A DNA stretch of 64,000 nucleotides from Alphaproteobacteria bacterium (GTDB lineage Bacteria > Pseudomonadota > Alphaproteobacteria > MPNO01), in the NCBI GenBank assembly GCA_965248835.1, contig CBDFLJ010000001.1, positions 960,001 to 1,024,000 of the forward strand, read 5' to 3'. Below are positions 9,501-19,389 of the stretch, piece by piece (position 1 is the stretch's first letter; every line of letters starts with the position of its first letter). The notes beneath the pieces are model-generated. The model had not been told where the DNA came from and searched no databases. It saw only the letters and a list, made by a program, of their open reading frames with translations. The position numbers and the translations under genes are program-made.

Positions 9501-10508
9501 ATGACCGCATCGCGCATCCCGCTGATCGATATCGCGCCCTATTTCGAAGGCGATATCCGGACCCGGCGCCGCATCGCCAAGGCGATCGGCGCGGCATGCG
9601 CGGATATCGGGTTCTTCTCGATCGCGGGTCACGGGGTGGACCAGGCGGTGATCGAGGATTTGCGCCGGGTCTCGCACGAGTTTTTCGCGCTTTTCGAGGC
9701 TGAAAAGCGCAAATGCGTCCACCTTGTTCCCGGCACGCCGCGCGGCCTGCGGGTCCTGCAGGGCGAGGCGCTGGGCCGGGCTGCGGGGCGCGAGGCGCCG
9801 CCGGACCTGAAGGAGTTCTACCACTTCGGACGCGACGGCTGGCCGGACGAGTCCTACTTCAACGGCGAGGAGGGCCGGTCCTACTTCATCCCCAACATCT
9901 GGCCGGAGCGCCCGGCGGACTTCCGCACGGCCGCGATGGAATATTACGCCGCGATGGAGCGGCTCATCGGTGTCTTGATGTCGCTCGCAGCACTCGCCCT
10001 CGACCTGCCGGAGGACTATTTCGCCGACAAGATCGACCGCCACGTCACGGCGATGCGCATCAACCACTACCCGCCGCAGCGGACCGCCCCGCCGCCGGGA
10101 CAGATCCGCGCCGGCGCGCATACCGATTTCGGCACCTTCACCATCCTGATGGGCGAGAACGAGCCCGGCGGGCTCCAGATCCAGGACGCCGACGGAAGCT
10201 GGTACGACGTCGAGACCCGACCTGAGCTGTTCGTGGTCAATGTCGGCGACCTTCTGCGGCGCTGGACCAACGACGTCTGGACGTCGAACTTTCATCGCGT
10301 GGTCAACCCGCCGGCGGAGATCGGCGCCACGGCGCGGCGCATCTCGATCGGCTTCTTCCACCAGCCCAACTACGACGCGGTGGTCGAATGCCTGCCGACA
10401 TGCCGCGCCGCGGACCGGCCGGCGCTGTACCGGCCGGTCACCTCGGGCGCATTCCGCGACATCCGCTACGAGGAGACCGACATCCCGGCCGCCCGCAGCG
10501 CGGGCTGA
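9501..10508 (+). CDS. Isopenicillin N synthase-family 2OG-Fe(II) oxygenase
   Basis: IPLIDI, GFFSIAGHGV, AHTDFG (HxD), HRVVNP, RRISIGFF (RxS). Confidence 0.92.
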   Translation: MTASRIPLIDIAPYFEGDIRTRRRIAKAIGAACADIGFFSIAGHGVDQAVIEDLRRVSHEFFALFEAEKRKCVHLVPGTPRGLRVLQGEALGRAAGREAPPDLKEFYHFGRDGWPDESYFNGEEGRSYFIPNIWPERPADFRTAAMEYYAAMERLIGVLMSLAALALDLPEDYFADKIDRHVTAMRINHYPPQRTAPPPGQIRAGAHTDFGTFTILMGENEPGGLQIQDADGSWYDVETRPELFVVNVGDLLRRWTNDVWTSNFHRVVNPPAEIGATARRISIGFFHQPNYDAVVECLPTCRAADRPALYRPVTSGAFRDIRYEETDIPAARSAG

Positions 10509-10535
10509 GCCGGTCCGGACGAAAGGAGGCCAGAG

Positions 10536-11246
10536 ATGGCGAGCATGGAGGCTCTGAGCGTCGGCGGCAGCACGATGGATGTTTATGTCGACGCGCCGGC
10601 CGGTGCCGGCCCGCACCCCGGCGTCGTGGTGACTCACCACCGCGGCGCGTTGGATGCCTTCACCCGGAAGTTTGTCGAAGACTTGGCCGCTGCCGGCTAC
10701 GTCGCCGCCGCGCCCGCTTTCTATCACCGCCGGCCCGACGGCGAGGACAGCGCGGAGTCGATGGCCGTGCTGGACGATGCGGAGATGATCGCCGACATGC
10801 GCGCGGTCGTCGATTACCTCAAGGGCCGCGCCGATGTGCGGGCCGATGCGCTGGCGATCGTCGGGCACTGCATGGGCGGGCGGGCCTCGTTCCTGGGCGC
10901 GTCCAGCATCGCCGATTTCCGCGCCTGCGCCATCTTCTACGGCGGCAACATCTTCAAGCCCTGGGGCCAGGGCAACCCGGTGCCGATTACCCGGGCGGCG
11001 AACATTCCCTGCCCGGTGATCGGCTTCTTCGGCAACGAGGACGAGAACCCCTCGCCCGAAGACGTCGCCAGGATCAGCGCCGAACTCGACCGCCACGGCA
11101 TCGTCCACACCTTCCACGACTATGACGGCGCGGGCCACGCATTCCAGAACTTCCTCGGCCAGGCCTATCGCGAGGCCCAGTGCGTGGACGCCCAAGCCAA
11201 GCTGCTCGACTTTTTCAGGGCCGAACTCCAGCCGGTGGCCGCCTGA
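10536..11246 (+). CDS. Dienelactone hydrolase family protein
   Basis: GHCMGG nucleophile, YDGAGHAF; AGGAGG RBS. Confidence 0.9.
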   Translation: MASMEALSVGGSTMDVYVDAPAGAGPHPGVVVTHHRGALDAFTRKFVEDLAAAGYVAAAPAFYHRRPDGEDSAESMAVLDDAEMIADMRAVVDYLKGRADVRADALAIVGHCMGGRASFLGASSIADFRACAIFYGGNIFKPWGQGNPVPITRAANIPCPVIGFFGNEDENPSPEDVARISAELDRHGIVHTFHDYDGAGHAFQNFLGQAYREAQCVDAQAKLLDFFRAELQPVAA

Positions 11247-11258
11247 GCGGATAAGGCG

Positions 11259-12890
11259 CTATGCGCCCGATTGCGCGTGGGCGCGGAGCTCCGAGCGCAG
11301 GACCTTGCCGTTCATGGTCTTGGGCAGCGCATCGAAAAAGGCGATCGCGCGCGGATACATGTAGGGCGGGGCAACCGCCTTGGCGTGGTCCTGCAGCATT
11401 CTGACCATCGCCGCGTCGCCGGCGTGGCCCGGGCGCAACACGACATAGGCCTTGACGATCGCGGTTCGCCGTCCGGTCGGATCGGGCGCGGCGACGGCGG
11501 CGCATTCGGCCACCGCCTCGTGGCGCAGCAGCGCCGTCTCGACGTCGATCGGCGAGATGTTGTAGCCCGAAGAGACGATCATCTCGTCGTGCCGGGCGAT
11601 GTAGTGGAAGAACCCGTCCGCATCGCGGCTCACCAGGTCGGGAAACACGTTCCAGCCGTCGCGCACCAGCTCGGCCTGCTTCTCCGGGTTCTGCCAATAG
11701 ACCGTCCCGGTCGGCCCGCGGGTCGCCAACAGCCCCTTCGTGCCGTCGGGCACCGGCTGGAGGGTGTCCGGATCGACCACCACCACCTCGTAGCCGGGCA
11801 CCGCGCGGCCCAGGGTCGCGGCCCTGGCAACCTCGCTTGCATGGCTGGAGGTGACGAAGACGTGGAACAGCTCGGACGTGCCGAGGAACTGTTCCAGGAC
11901 GTTGCCGCCGGTCGCCTCGAACCACGCGCGCTCGGTCTCCGGTGACAGCGGCTCGCCGCCTGTCAGCGCTCGGCGCAACGAGGAGATGTCCCGGCCCGAG
12001 CCCTCGATCGCTGCGGCCAGGATCACGAAATAGCTCGAGACGCCGGCGAAGATCGTGATGCCGTAGCGCTCGATCGCTTCCAGCGCGGTCTCGACCGACT
12101 TGTCGGGCTCCAGCACCGCGGCCGAGCCGAAACGCAGCGGAAAGATGATGAACATCCCGTAGCCCAGCGCGAACGCCGCCGCTGGCGGGCCGCCGATCAC
12201 GTCCTGCGGTGTGGGCGTGATGCAATGGCGCCAATAGCTGTCGGCGAGCGCGATCATGTCGCGGTGGCAATGACACGCCCCCTTCGGCCGCCCGGTGCTG
12301 CCCGAGGTATAGACGATCAAGGTCAGGTCCTCGGCATGGCTGTCGTGGTAGGCGGGCGCCACCGGGCCGTCGGGCAGCAGATCGGACAACGAGCGGAACC
12401 GGCCGGACGGGTCGGCGGGCAGCACCGCGACGACGAGGCCGGGACAGCGCGCAGCCGCGCCCTCCATCTCCGCCATCAGCGCCTCCTCGACGAAGGCGAA
12501 CCGGGCGCCGGAGTCCTGAAGCCGGTAGACCAGATCCTCGGCGCGGAGCTGGACATAGGTCGGGATCGCCACCGCGCCGATGGCGTGCGCAGCCAGCAGA
12601 GTGAAGACCAGCTCCGGCGTATCGGCGATCCTGACCAGCACGCGGTCGCCCGGCCTTATGCCCAGGCTTCGCATCGCCGCGGCATGGCGGTGGACGGTCG
12701 CGTGCAGGCCGGCATAGGTGATCGCCCGGTCGCGGTGATAATAGGCGATGCGCGCGCCCCAGCCGTTTTCCAGCGCGCCTTCGAGCAGGGTTTGCGCGGC
12801 GTTCATCCGCTCCGGGTAGTCGAGCCCAGGCAGGTCGAAGCGCAGCGCCGGACGCATCTCCGGCGCGCAGAGATCGTCGTATTTCCTCAT
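11259..12890 (-). CDS. Aromatic acid-CoA ligase (2-aminobenzoate/benzoate-CoA ligase-like)
   Basis: YTSGSTGRPKG, GTSELFHVF, GPTG, ARHDEMIVSSGYNI, APPYMYPR, LPKTMNGK. Confidence 0.85.
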   Translation of the reverse strand: MRKYDDLCAPEMRPALRFDLPGLDYPERMNAAQTLLEGALENGWGARIAYYHRDRAITYAGLHATVHRHAAAMRSLGIRPGDRVLVRIADTPELVFTLLAAHAIGAVAIPTYVQLRAEDLVYRLQDSGARFAFVEEALMAEMEGAAARCPGLVVAVLPADPSGRFRSLSDLLPDGPVAPAYHDSHAEDLTLIVYTSGSTGRPKGACHCHRDMIALADSYWRHCITPTPQDVIGGPPAAAFALGYGMFIIFPLRFGSAAVLEPDKSVETALEAIERYGITIFAGVSSYFVILAAAIEGSGRDISSLRRALTGGEPLSPETERAWFEATGGNVLEQFLGTSELFHVFVTSSHASEVARAATLGRAVPGYEVVVVDPDTLQPVPDGTKGLLATRGPTGTVYWQNPEKQAELVRDGWNVFPDLVSRDADGFFHYIARHDEMIVSSGYNISPIDVETALLRHEAVAECAAVAAPDPTGRRTAIVKAYVVLRPGHAGDAAMVRMLQDHAKAVAPPYMYPRAIAFFDALPKTMNGKVLRSELRAHAQSGA

Positions 12891-13010
12891 CCGGCGGAGC
12901 CTATGGAGTCGCGGCCGGAGCCGTCAAGCCGGGCTTCCGCGGCAGCGTGCGGCCGCTGGTCAGGAGGTCGGAAAGGACATCAAAAACGACGCCTTCGTTC
13001 GAGGCCGGTG

Positions 13011-13382
13011 CTAAGCGCGGTTGAAGCCCGAGTTTATCTGGACCGCGCAGGAATCCGGCCCCTCGAGGAGGAACGAGTCGTGGCCCGGCCGGCGGCGGGT
13101 GATCTCGCCCGGGTTCAGCCCCTTCGCGTCGTAGTCCCGCCACGCCGCGTCGATATCCTCGACCTTGAAATCGAACTGGAGCGTGCCGCCGGCTGCGGCG
13201 CCGTCCGCCGACTGCCGCAGTTGCAGGCGCGTGCGGTCGCGCAGCTCGACGACCGCGAACCCGTCGCGCCTGGTATCAGGGCGCGCGCCGATGGCCTCGA
13301 AGAACGAGACCGCTTGGGAAAGATCGCTGACGGACAGCCGCAAATGCGCCAGCGCAATGGCGGACTCCGGTTGGATGGTCAT
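13011..13382 (-). CDS. VOC (glyoxalase/bleomycin-resistance) family protein
   Basis: HLRLSVSDL...FFEAIG, FDFKVEDIDAA, SFLLEGPD; AAGGAG RBS. Confidence 0.8.
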   Translation of the reverse strand: MTIQPESAIALAHLRLSVSDLSQAVSFFEAIGARPDTRRDGFAVVELRDRTRLQLRQSADGAAAGGTLQFDFKVEDIDAAWRDYDAKGLNPGEITRRRPGHDSFLLEGPDSCAVQINSGFNRA

Positions 13383-13408
13383 GGGATCGCTCCTTGTCAG
13401 GTGCCGCG

Positions 13409-14131
13409 TCAGGTGCCGCCGTTGGTCGCCATCAGCCGGCCGTAACCCGGCACGCGGTCGTTGATGCCGAGCTTCTGCAGGCTGTGCCAGACCATCGCCT
13501 GATTGGACGTCACCACCGGGCGGTCGAGATCGTGCTCCAGCGGCTCGATCACCTCGGCGGCGCGAATGGCGGTGCAGCTTATGAAATAGGCGTCGACCGC
13601 CGCGTCCTGCTGGGCCTTGACCCGGCGGTACCATTCGCCGGGCTGGACGCCGATCATCTTGAGTCCGTCGCCGCGGATCCCCATGCCGGTCTCGCTCAAG
13701 ACCGAGACCTGGTGGCTTTCCAGGAACGCGACCTCGCGGTCGTTGGTCTCCTGGACATAGGGCGTGGTCAGCGCGATCCGGCGCGCGTCCAGCGTCTGCA
13801 AGGCATTGAGTACGGCCTTCGATGTCGAGGTCGCCGGGATGTCGGTCGCCGTCTCGATCCGCTCGATGATCTCGTCATCGAAGCCCGGGCGGTGCATCGA
13901 GGCCGCGGTGCAGTGGAAGACGATCAGGTCGACCTTGGCATCGGCGACGAGCGAGGCCGCTTCCTCAAGGTTCTCGACCATGCCCATGATGTCAGCTTCG
14001 CTCGAGCCCTTGAGCCGCAGCCGCGTGGTGTGGAACGACACACCGTCGGGCGACATCGCCTGGACCTGCGGCTCGGCCGCAGCGTTGACCGACGGCAGCA
14101 GCATGCCGATCCGTGCTCTCCATCCGTGCAT
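13409..14131 (-). CDS. Maleate cis-trans isomerase / Asp-Glu racemase-family protein
   Basis: GWRARIGMLLPSVN, FHCTAAS, TPY, FISCT, PVVTSNQA. Confidence 0.88.
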   Translation of the reverse strand: MHGWRARIGMLLPSVNAAAEPQVQAMSPDGVSFHTTRLRLKGSSEADIMGMVENLEEAASLVADAKVDLIVFHCTAASMHRPGFDDEIIERIETATDIPATSTSKAVLNALQTLDARRIALTTPYVQETNDREVAFLESHQVSVLSETGMGIRGDGLKMIGVQPGEWYRRVKAQQDAAVDAYFISCTAIRAAEVIEPLEHDLDRPVVTSNQAMVWHSLQKLGINDRVPGYGRLMATNGGT

Positions 14132-15057
14132 TACCCGCTCTTTCCCTGTCTGGCCTCGCCCAGCGCGACGAACGCGAGGCCGGTGACGATCAGCACCAGC
14201 CCGGCGATGTTGGTCAGCGTCAAGGGCTCGCCCAGGACCGCCGCCGAGCACAGCATACCCGCGACCGGCGTCGCGAGAAACAGCAGGGATGCGGTGATCG
14301 CCGGCAACGAGCGGGCGATGGCGATCACGCCGATGATCGTCAGCGAGGTCGCCACCGGCCCGGCGAACGCGAGCAGCCCGGCCAGCTCCAGCGACCAGAT
14401 CACCGGCTCGCCGGCATCGAACCACAGCGCCAGAGAGGCCGCGACCAGCGAGGCCGCCAGCAACTGCCACGGCGCCAGCTCGACCGGGCTCAGCCGCCAG
14501 ACATGGCGGCGCATGTGAAGGATCGTGATCGACCAGACCATCGAGGCGAGCACCAGGATGAGGTTGCCGCGGACCACCGCTTGGTCGGACCAGTCGAAGC
14601 CGAGGGGGTTGAACAGGACGCCGAGGCCGACGAGCCCGACGGCGAGCCCGGCGGCCTTGAGCGCGCCCAGCCGCTCGCCGAACAGGATGATGGCGGCGGG
14701 CGCGACCCACAGCGGGGTGATGAACGACAGCAGCGATGCGCGCCCGGCGCCGGCATGGACCAGCCCGGTCATGGTCATCGCCGGATAGATCCCCATCATG
14801 ATCACGCCCACGCTGAGGACCGCCGGCAGGTCCCGGCGGTTCGGCAGCCGCAGCCTGCTCAGCGCGGCAAGGGCGATAAACAGGCACACGCACGTCGTGG
14901 CCATGCGCACGCAGGCAAGCCACACCGGCGGGATCGACAGGACGGCGATCTTCAGGACCGGCCAGTTGATCCCCCAGACCGGCAGACAGACGCCCAGCAT
15001 CATGTACGCGCTGCCGCGCGACAGCGGAGCGGTCCGGCTCAGGCCGGTCGCGGACAT
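14131..15057 (-). CDS. DMT/EamA-family transporter
   Basis: About 10 hydrophobic segments, WGINWP, GERL, LGEPL. Confidence 0.88.
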   Translation of the reverse strand: MSATGLSRTAPLSRGSAYMMLGVCLPVWGINWPVLKIAVLSIPPVWLACVRMATTCVCLFIALAALSRLRLPNRRDLPAVLSVGVIMMGIYPAMTMTGLVHAGAGRASLLSFITPLWVAPAAIILFGERLGALKAAGLAVGLVGLGVLFNPLGFDWSDQAVVRGNLILVLASMVWSITILHMRRHVWRLSPVELAPWQLLAASLVAASLALWFDAGEPVIWSLELAGLLAFAGPVATSLTIIGVIAIARSLPAITASLLFLATPVAGMLCSAAVLGEPLTLTNIAGLVLIVTGLAFVALGEARQGKSG

Positions 15058-15075
15058 CAACGCCGTCCGAACGAT

Positions 15076-15558
15076 TCAGACCGGCGTGCCGTCGTGGCGG
15101 GTGAACCGCCGGTCGGGGGCGCGGTACGTCTTGACCAACACCAGGTCGGAATCGGGGTAGTGGACCGTCTCGGCCGCCGCGCGGGTGCCGACCTCGAGGA
15201 AGGCGACCTCTTCATCGGTGTGGTTCTCGAGCCGGTGGCCGTCGGGCTTGCCGGCTGGAAACCCCGCCACGTCGCCCGGCGCAAGCCGCTGCGCACCGTC
15301 ATCGGTGACCAGAATCGGATGGCCGGAGAGGATGTAGACGAACTCGTCCTCGCCCGAATGCCAGTGGCGCAGCGCCGAGACGGCGCCGGGCGCGAGCCGG
15401 GTCAGGTTGACGCCGAACTGGGTCAGCCCCAGAGGGTCGCCCAGCACTTGGCGCGTCTTGCCCGCAAGCGCCCTGTCGTTGGGCGGTGGGTAGGGCTGGC
15501 GCTCCTCGCGGGCGGCGGTCTCGGGATCGAGCGCGGGCGGGTTCAGCCGGTCTGCCAT
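15076..15558 (-). CDS. Cupin domain protein
   Basis: LGLTQFGVN, SALRHWHSGEDEFVYILSG, GHRLEN. Confidence 0.88.
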   Translation of the reverse strand: MADRLNPPALDPETAAREERQPYPPPNDRALAGKTRQVLGDPLGLTQFGVNLTRLAPGAVSALRHWHSGEDEFVYILSGHPILVTDDGAQRLAPGDVAGFPAGKPDGHRLENHTDEEVAFLEVGTRAAAETVHYPDSDLVLVKTYRAPDRRFTRHDGTPV

Positions 15559-15574
15559 CCTCAAGGTCTCCTCA

Positions 15575-17641
15575 TCAATGCGCGGCGCGCACGATCACGT
15601 TGCCGAAAGGATCGATTTCGGCCTCCAGCCCCGGATCGATGAAGGTCGTCGCATCGGTCTGCTCCAGGATCGCGGGGCCGGCGATCCGGGCGTCGACCGG
15701 CAGCGCGAGCCGGTCATAGACCGCCGTGTCGTGCCAGCCGCCTTCCCACCACACCGGTCGGGTATGGGTTTTGGCGCCTTCCAGTGTCGTTCCCGGCTCG
15801 GGGCCGAGCGAGCGGAGGTCGAACTTGGGCCGGATGCCGACAACGGCGGTCCTGAGCGACAGCAACCGGACGCCGATCCCCTCCAGCAGGCGGCCGTAGG
15901 TCCGCCGGTAGGCCGCATCGAAGGCGGCCTCGATCATCGCCAGGCTCACGTCGGTCCCGTCTGCGGCGAGCAGCGCCGGCAGCGGCACCGGCAAGGTGTG
16001 GGTCTGGCCGACATAGGACATGTCGAGCTCGAACAGCACCTCGGTCCTGTCCAGCGCGACGCCGGAGCGCTGCAGGAGCGCCAGCCCCTGGCCGGCAGTC
16101 GCCGCCATCTCGCGGTCGAGCGCGGCGACATCGAGCTCCGGGAGCGGGCGGTTGATCGTATGGACGAAGTCGTGGCGCATGTCGGCGATCACGCAGCCCA
16201 GCGCGCTGGTCACGCCGGGAAAGCGTGGCACCAGCGCCGAGGCGAGCCCGACATCGCGGATCAGCGCCCCGACATGCAGCGCCCCGCCGCCGCCGAACGG
16301 CATGGCGGCGAAATTCTTGGGATCGTAGCCGCGCTCGATCGAGACCAGCCGGATGGCGCCGGCCATGTTGGAGATCGCGACCTTGACGATCGCTTCCGCG
16401 GCCGCGGTGACATCGAGCCCCAGGGGCTCAGCGACATGGCCGGCGATTGCCGCGCGGGCGGCTTCGACATCAAGCGCGCCCAGCCCGCTGCCGATCGGGC
16501 GCGCGGCGTTGATTCGCCCGAGCACGAGGTTGGCATCGGTCACCGTCGGCCGGTCGTTCCCCTTGCCGTAGCACGCCGGACCGGGCTCGGAGCCCGCCGA
16601 TTCCGGTCCGACCCGGAGGAAACCGCCCTGGTCGAGCCCGGCGATGGAGCCGCCGCCGGCGCCGATGGTGGTGATCTCGATCATCGGAGTGCGCACGACC
16701 AGGCCGAAATCGATCGCGGTCTGCAGGCTGAAGGCGCTCCGGCCGCCCTCGACCAGGGCGACGTCGAAGCTGGTCCCGCCCATGTCGCAGGTGATCACGT
16801 TGGCGAAGCCGGCGGCTTCGGCGATCCGCGCGCCGGCGATCACGCCCGCGGCCGGGCCGGACAGCGTGGTGCGGATCGGCAGGCTGCGGGCGGTCTCGGC
16901 CGACATCACCCCGCCGTTGGACTGGACGATCAGGAGCTCCGTGCCGTTGGCGCCGACGCCGAGGCCTGCTTCGACGCCTTCCAGATAGGCGCCGATGATC
17001 GGCTGCAGGCAGGCATTGAGCGCGGTCGTGGAGGCCCGCTCGAACTCGCGAATCTCCGGCAGGATCAGCGAGGATGCGTTGACGTAGTCGTTGGGCCAGA
17101 CCGCACGCACCGCCTCCAGCGCCTTGTGCTCGTTTTCGGGATTGGCGTAGGCGTTGATGAACACGATGCCGACCGCTTCGCAGCCGCGCGCCAGCAGCGC
17201 CAGCGCGGCGCGGGTGACCTCCTCAACATCGACTTGCGTGCGCACCGTGCCGTCGGCCAGCATCCGCTCGTCGACCTCGATCGACAGATCGCGGGTCACC
17301 ACCGGGCGGTAGCTGCCCCACAACCCCCAGGTGTTGGGCCGGTCGCGCCGGCGCATCTCGAGCACGTCGCGGAAGCCCTTGGTGGTGATCAAGCCGGTGC
17401 GCGCCGCCTTGCGCTCGATCAGCGCGTTGGTGCCGACCGTGGTGCCGTGGACCACCGAGCCGATGGCCGCGCGTTCGGGCACCGCTTCATCGATGCCGGC
17501 GAGAAAGCCCTTGGCGATCTCGTTCTTGATCGAGGGGACCTTGCCGATCCCGAAACGGCCGGTCCGCTCATCGACGTAAAAGACATCGGTGAAGGTCCCG
17601 CCGACATCGACGCCGACCGTGATGCCGGGACGGCTGCTCAC
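15575..17641 (-). CDS. Hydantoinase/5-oxoprolinase subunit A (HyuA-like, ATP-binding)
   Basis: GVDVGGTFTD, HGTTVGTNA, REFERASTT, LSGPAAG, CDMGGTSFD, IGAGGGS; GTG start overlaps the stop of the B subunit. Confidence 0.93.
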   Translation of the reverse strand: MSSRPGITVGVDVGGTFTDVFYVDERTGRFGIGKVPSIKNEIAKGFLAGIDEAVPERAAIGSVVHGTTVGTNALIERKAARTGLITTKGFRDVLEMRRRDRPNTWGLWGSYRPVVTRDLSIEVDERMLADGTVRTQVDVEEVTRAALALLARGCEAVGIVFINAYANPENEHKALEAVRAVWPNDYVNASSLILPEIREFERASTTALNACLQPIIGAYLEGVEAGLGVGANGTELLIVQSNGGVMSAETARSLPIRTTLSGPAAGVIAGARIAEAAGFANVITCDMGGTSFDVALVEGGRSAFSLQTAIDFGLVVRTPMIEITTIGAGGGSIAGLDQGGFLRVGPESAGSEPGPACYGKGNDRPTVTDANLVLGRINAARPIGSGLGALDVEAARAAIAGHVAEPLGLDVTAAAEAIVKVAISNMAGAIRLVSIERGYDPKNFAAMPFGGGGALHVGALIRDVGLASALVPRFPGVTSALGCVIADMRHDFVHTINRPLPELDVAALDREMAATAGQGLALLQRSGVALDRTEVLFELDMSYVGQTHTLPVPLPALLAADGTDVSLAMIEAAFDAAYRRTYGRLLEGIGVRLLSLRTAVVGIRPKFDLRSLGPEPGTTLEGAKTHTRPVWWEGGWHDTAVYDRLALPVDARIAGPAILEQTDATTFIDPGLEAEIDPFGNVIVRAAH

Positions 17642-19353
17642 GCGCGGTTCCGCCGCACCGCGCCGTCGGTTGTGATCTCGACCCGGTAATCGCGCCGCGC
17701 CCGCTCGGCGCTGACCAGCCCCAGCGCCAGGTCGCGGCCGACCGCCTCGACCGGCCGCTCCTCGGGCGAGCCATAGCCGCCTCCGCCGGGGCTTTCGATC
17801 CGCACGCGCTGGCCGCGGCGAACGGTGACGCCGGAGATTTTCGCCGTCTCGCCCGCCGACAGCTCGCCCTGGTCCTGATCGTAGAAGATGCGGTTCGGCG
17901 CCCCGGACTCGCCGCCCAGGATGCCGAAGGCCGGGAAGCGTGCGCGCTCGCCGAAGACCACCAGATCGGCCTGCTCGGCCAGCAGCTCGAACTCGTAGAC
18001 CGCGCCCAGCCCGCCGCGGTGCCGACCCGGCCCGCCGCTGTCGGGGCGCAGGCCCCACTTGGTCACGCAGGTCGGGTAGGCGGCCTCCAGGATCTCGGCC
18101 GGCGGGATGTTGGCCATGCCGATCGGCGCGTTGCCGTGGCTCAGCCCGTCGCCCTCGGGGTTGCCGCCGAGCCCGCCGCCGAAGAAGGTGAAGAAGATGA
18201 ACTTCGAGCCGTCTTCGCGGGCGCCCGAAAGCAGCAGCGCGTTGACGGTCGCGAAACAGGCCGCGTTGGCGCGGTCCGGCGCGGCCTGGGCGAAGGCGCC
18301 GAAGATCACGTCGATGGTGCGCATGATGTTCTCTGTGTAGCCCGACACCGGGGCGGGCGGCTCGGCGGCCAGGATCGAGCCCTCCGGGATGATGAACGTA
18401 ACCGGCTCCAGGCAACCGCCGCTGGTCGGCACCTCGTTGAAGATGTGTTTCAGCGCGACGAACGCCGCCGCCACAGTGGTCGCGCGAGAGACGTTGAGCG
18501 GCCCCTCGCAGGCCGGCGCGGAGCGCGAGAAGTCGAGCGTCATCCGCTCGCCCTCGATGCTCAGATCGAGCGCGACCTTCAGCGGGTCCGCGCTGCGCCC
18601 GTCATCGTCGATATGGTCCTCGAACGAATAGGTGCCGTCGGGCAGGCCGGCGATGAGCGCACGCATCTGCCGGCTGGCGCGGGCGCGGATCTCGTCCATC
18701 GCAACGGAAACGACATCGGCGCCGAACCCATCCAGCAAATCGTGCATCCGGCGCGTGCCGAGCTCCAGCGCGCCGAGCTGCGCGTTGAGGTCGCCGTAGT
18801 TGCTGCGCGGCAGCCGGGCGTTGGCGAGCAGGATGTCGATGATGTCCTGGCGCATCACGCCCCGGTCGCACAGCTTGACCGCCGGGATGCGCACGCCTTC
18901 CTGCATGATGTCGCTCGCGCGCGGGTTGTAGTTGCCGGGCACGTTGCCGCCGACATCGAGCCAGTGCCCGACCGAGGCGAGGTAGCAGAACAGCGCGCCG
19001 TCGCGGAAGAACGGCTTGATCAGCTTGATGTCGTTCAGGTGGGTGGCGCCGTCATAGGGATCGTTCAGCAGATAGATGTCGCCGTCGGCCGGGCCGCCGT
19101 CGGCCCGGGCGCGCGCGATCGCGGCCTTGGTGGCGTATGACATCGCACCGATGAAGACCGGCAGGCCCTGCTTTCCCATCGCCACCGTGTCGCCGGTCGC
19201 GGCGTCGTAGATGCCGTGGCTGCCGTCGCGCGCCTCGGCGATGACCGGGCTGAACGCCGCGCGGAACAGGCTGGCGTCCATCTCGTCGACGATCTGCTCG
19301 AGACGGCCGCGGATGACCGCCAGCGTGACGGGATCGATGACTGCATTCGACAT
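17638..19353 (-). CDS. Hydantoinase B/oxoprolinase subunit (copy 2)
   Basis: DPVTLAVI, NDPYDGATHLND, QEG, DSGGPGRHRGG, PGGGGYG. Confidence 0.93.
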   Translation of the reverse strand: MSNAVIDPVTLAVIRGRLEQIVDEMDASLFRAAFSPVIAEARDGSHGIYDAATGDTVAMGKQGLPVFIGAMSYATKAAIARARADGGPADGDIYLLNDPYDGATHLNDIKLIKPFFRDGALFCYLASVGHWLDVGGNVPGNYNPRASDIMQEGVRIPAVKLCDRGVMRQDIIDILLANARLPRSNYGDLNAQLGALELGTRRMHDLLDGFGADVVSVAMDEIRARASRQMRALIAGLPDGTYSFEDHIDDDGRSADPLKVALDLSIEGERMTLDFSRSAPACEGPLNVSRATTVAAAFVALKHIFNEVPTSGGCLEPVTFIIPEGSILAAEPPAPVSGYTENIMRTIDVIFGAFAQAAPDRANAACFATVNALLLSGAREDGSKFIFFTFFGGGLGGNPEGDGLSHGNAPIGMANIPPAEILEAAYPTCVTKWGLRPDSGGPGRHRGGLGAVYEFELLAEQADLVVFGERARFPAFGILGGESGAPNRIFYDQDQGELSAGETAKISGVTVRRGQRVRIESPGGGGYGSPEERPVEAVGRDLALGLVSAERARRDYRVEITTDGAVRRNRA

Positions 19354-19389
19354 TGCCGGCCCGATTTTCGCACACCGGCCCGGCGGGCG

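Noticed and set aside
17642-18415. N-terminal extension of the 946-aa hydantoinase A ORF
   Set aside because: Overlaps hyuB in another frame; the real start is the GTG at 17641
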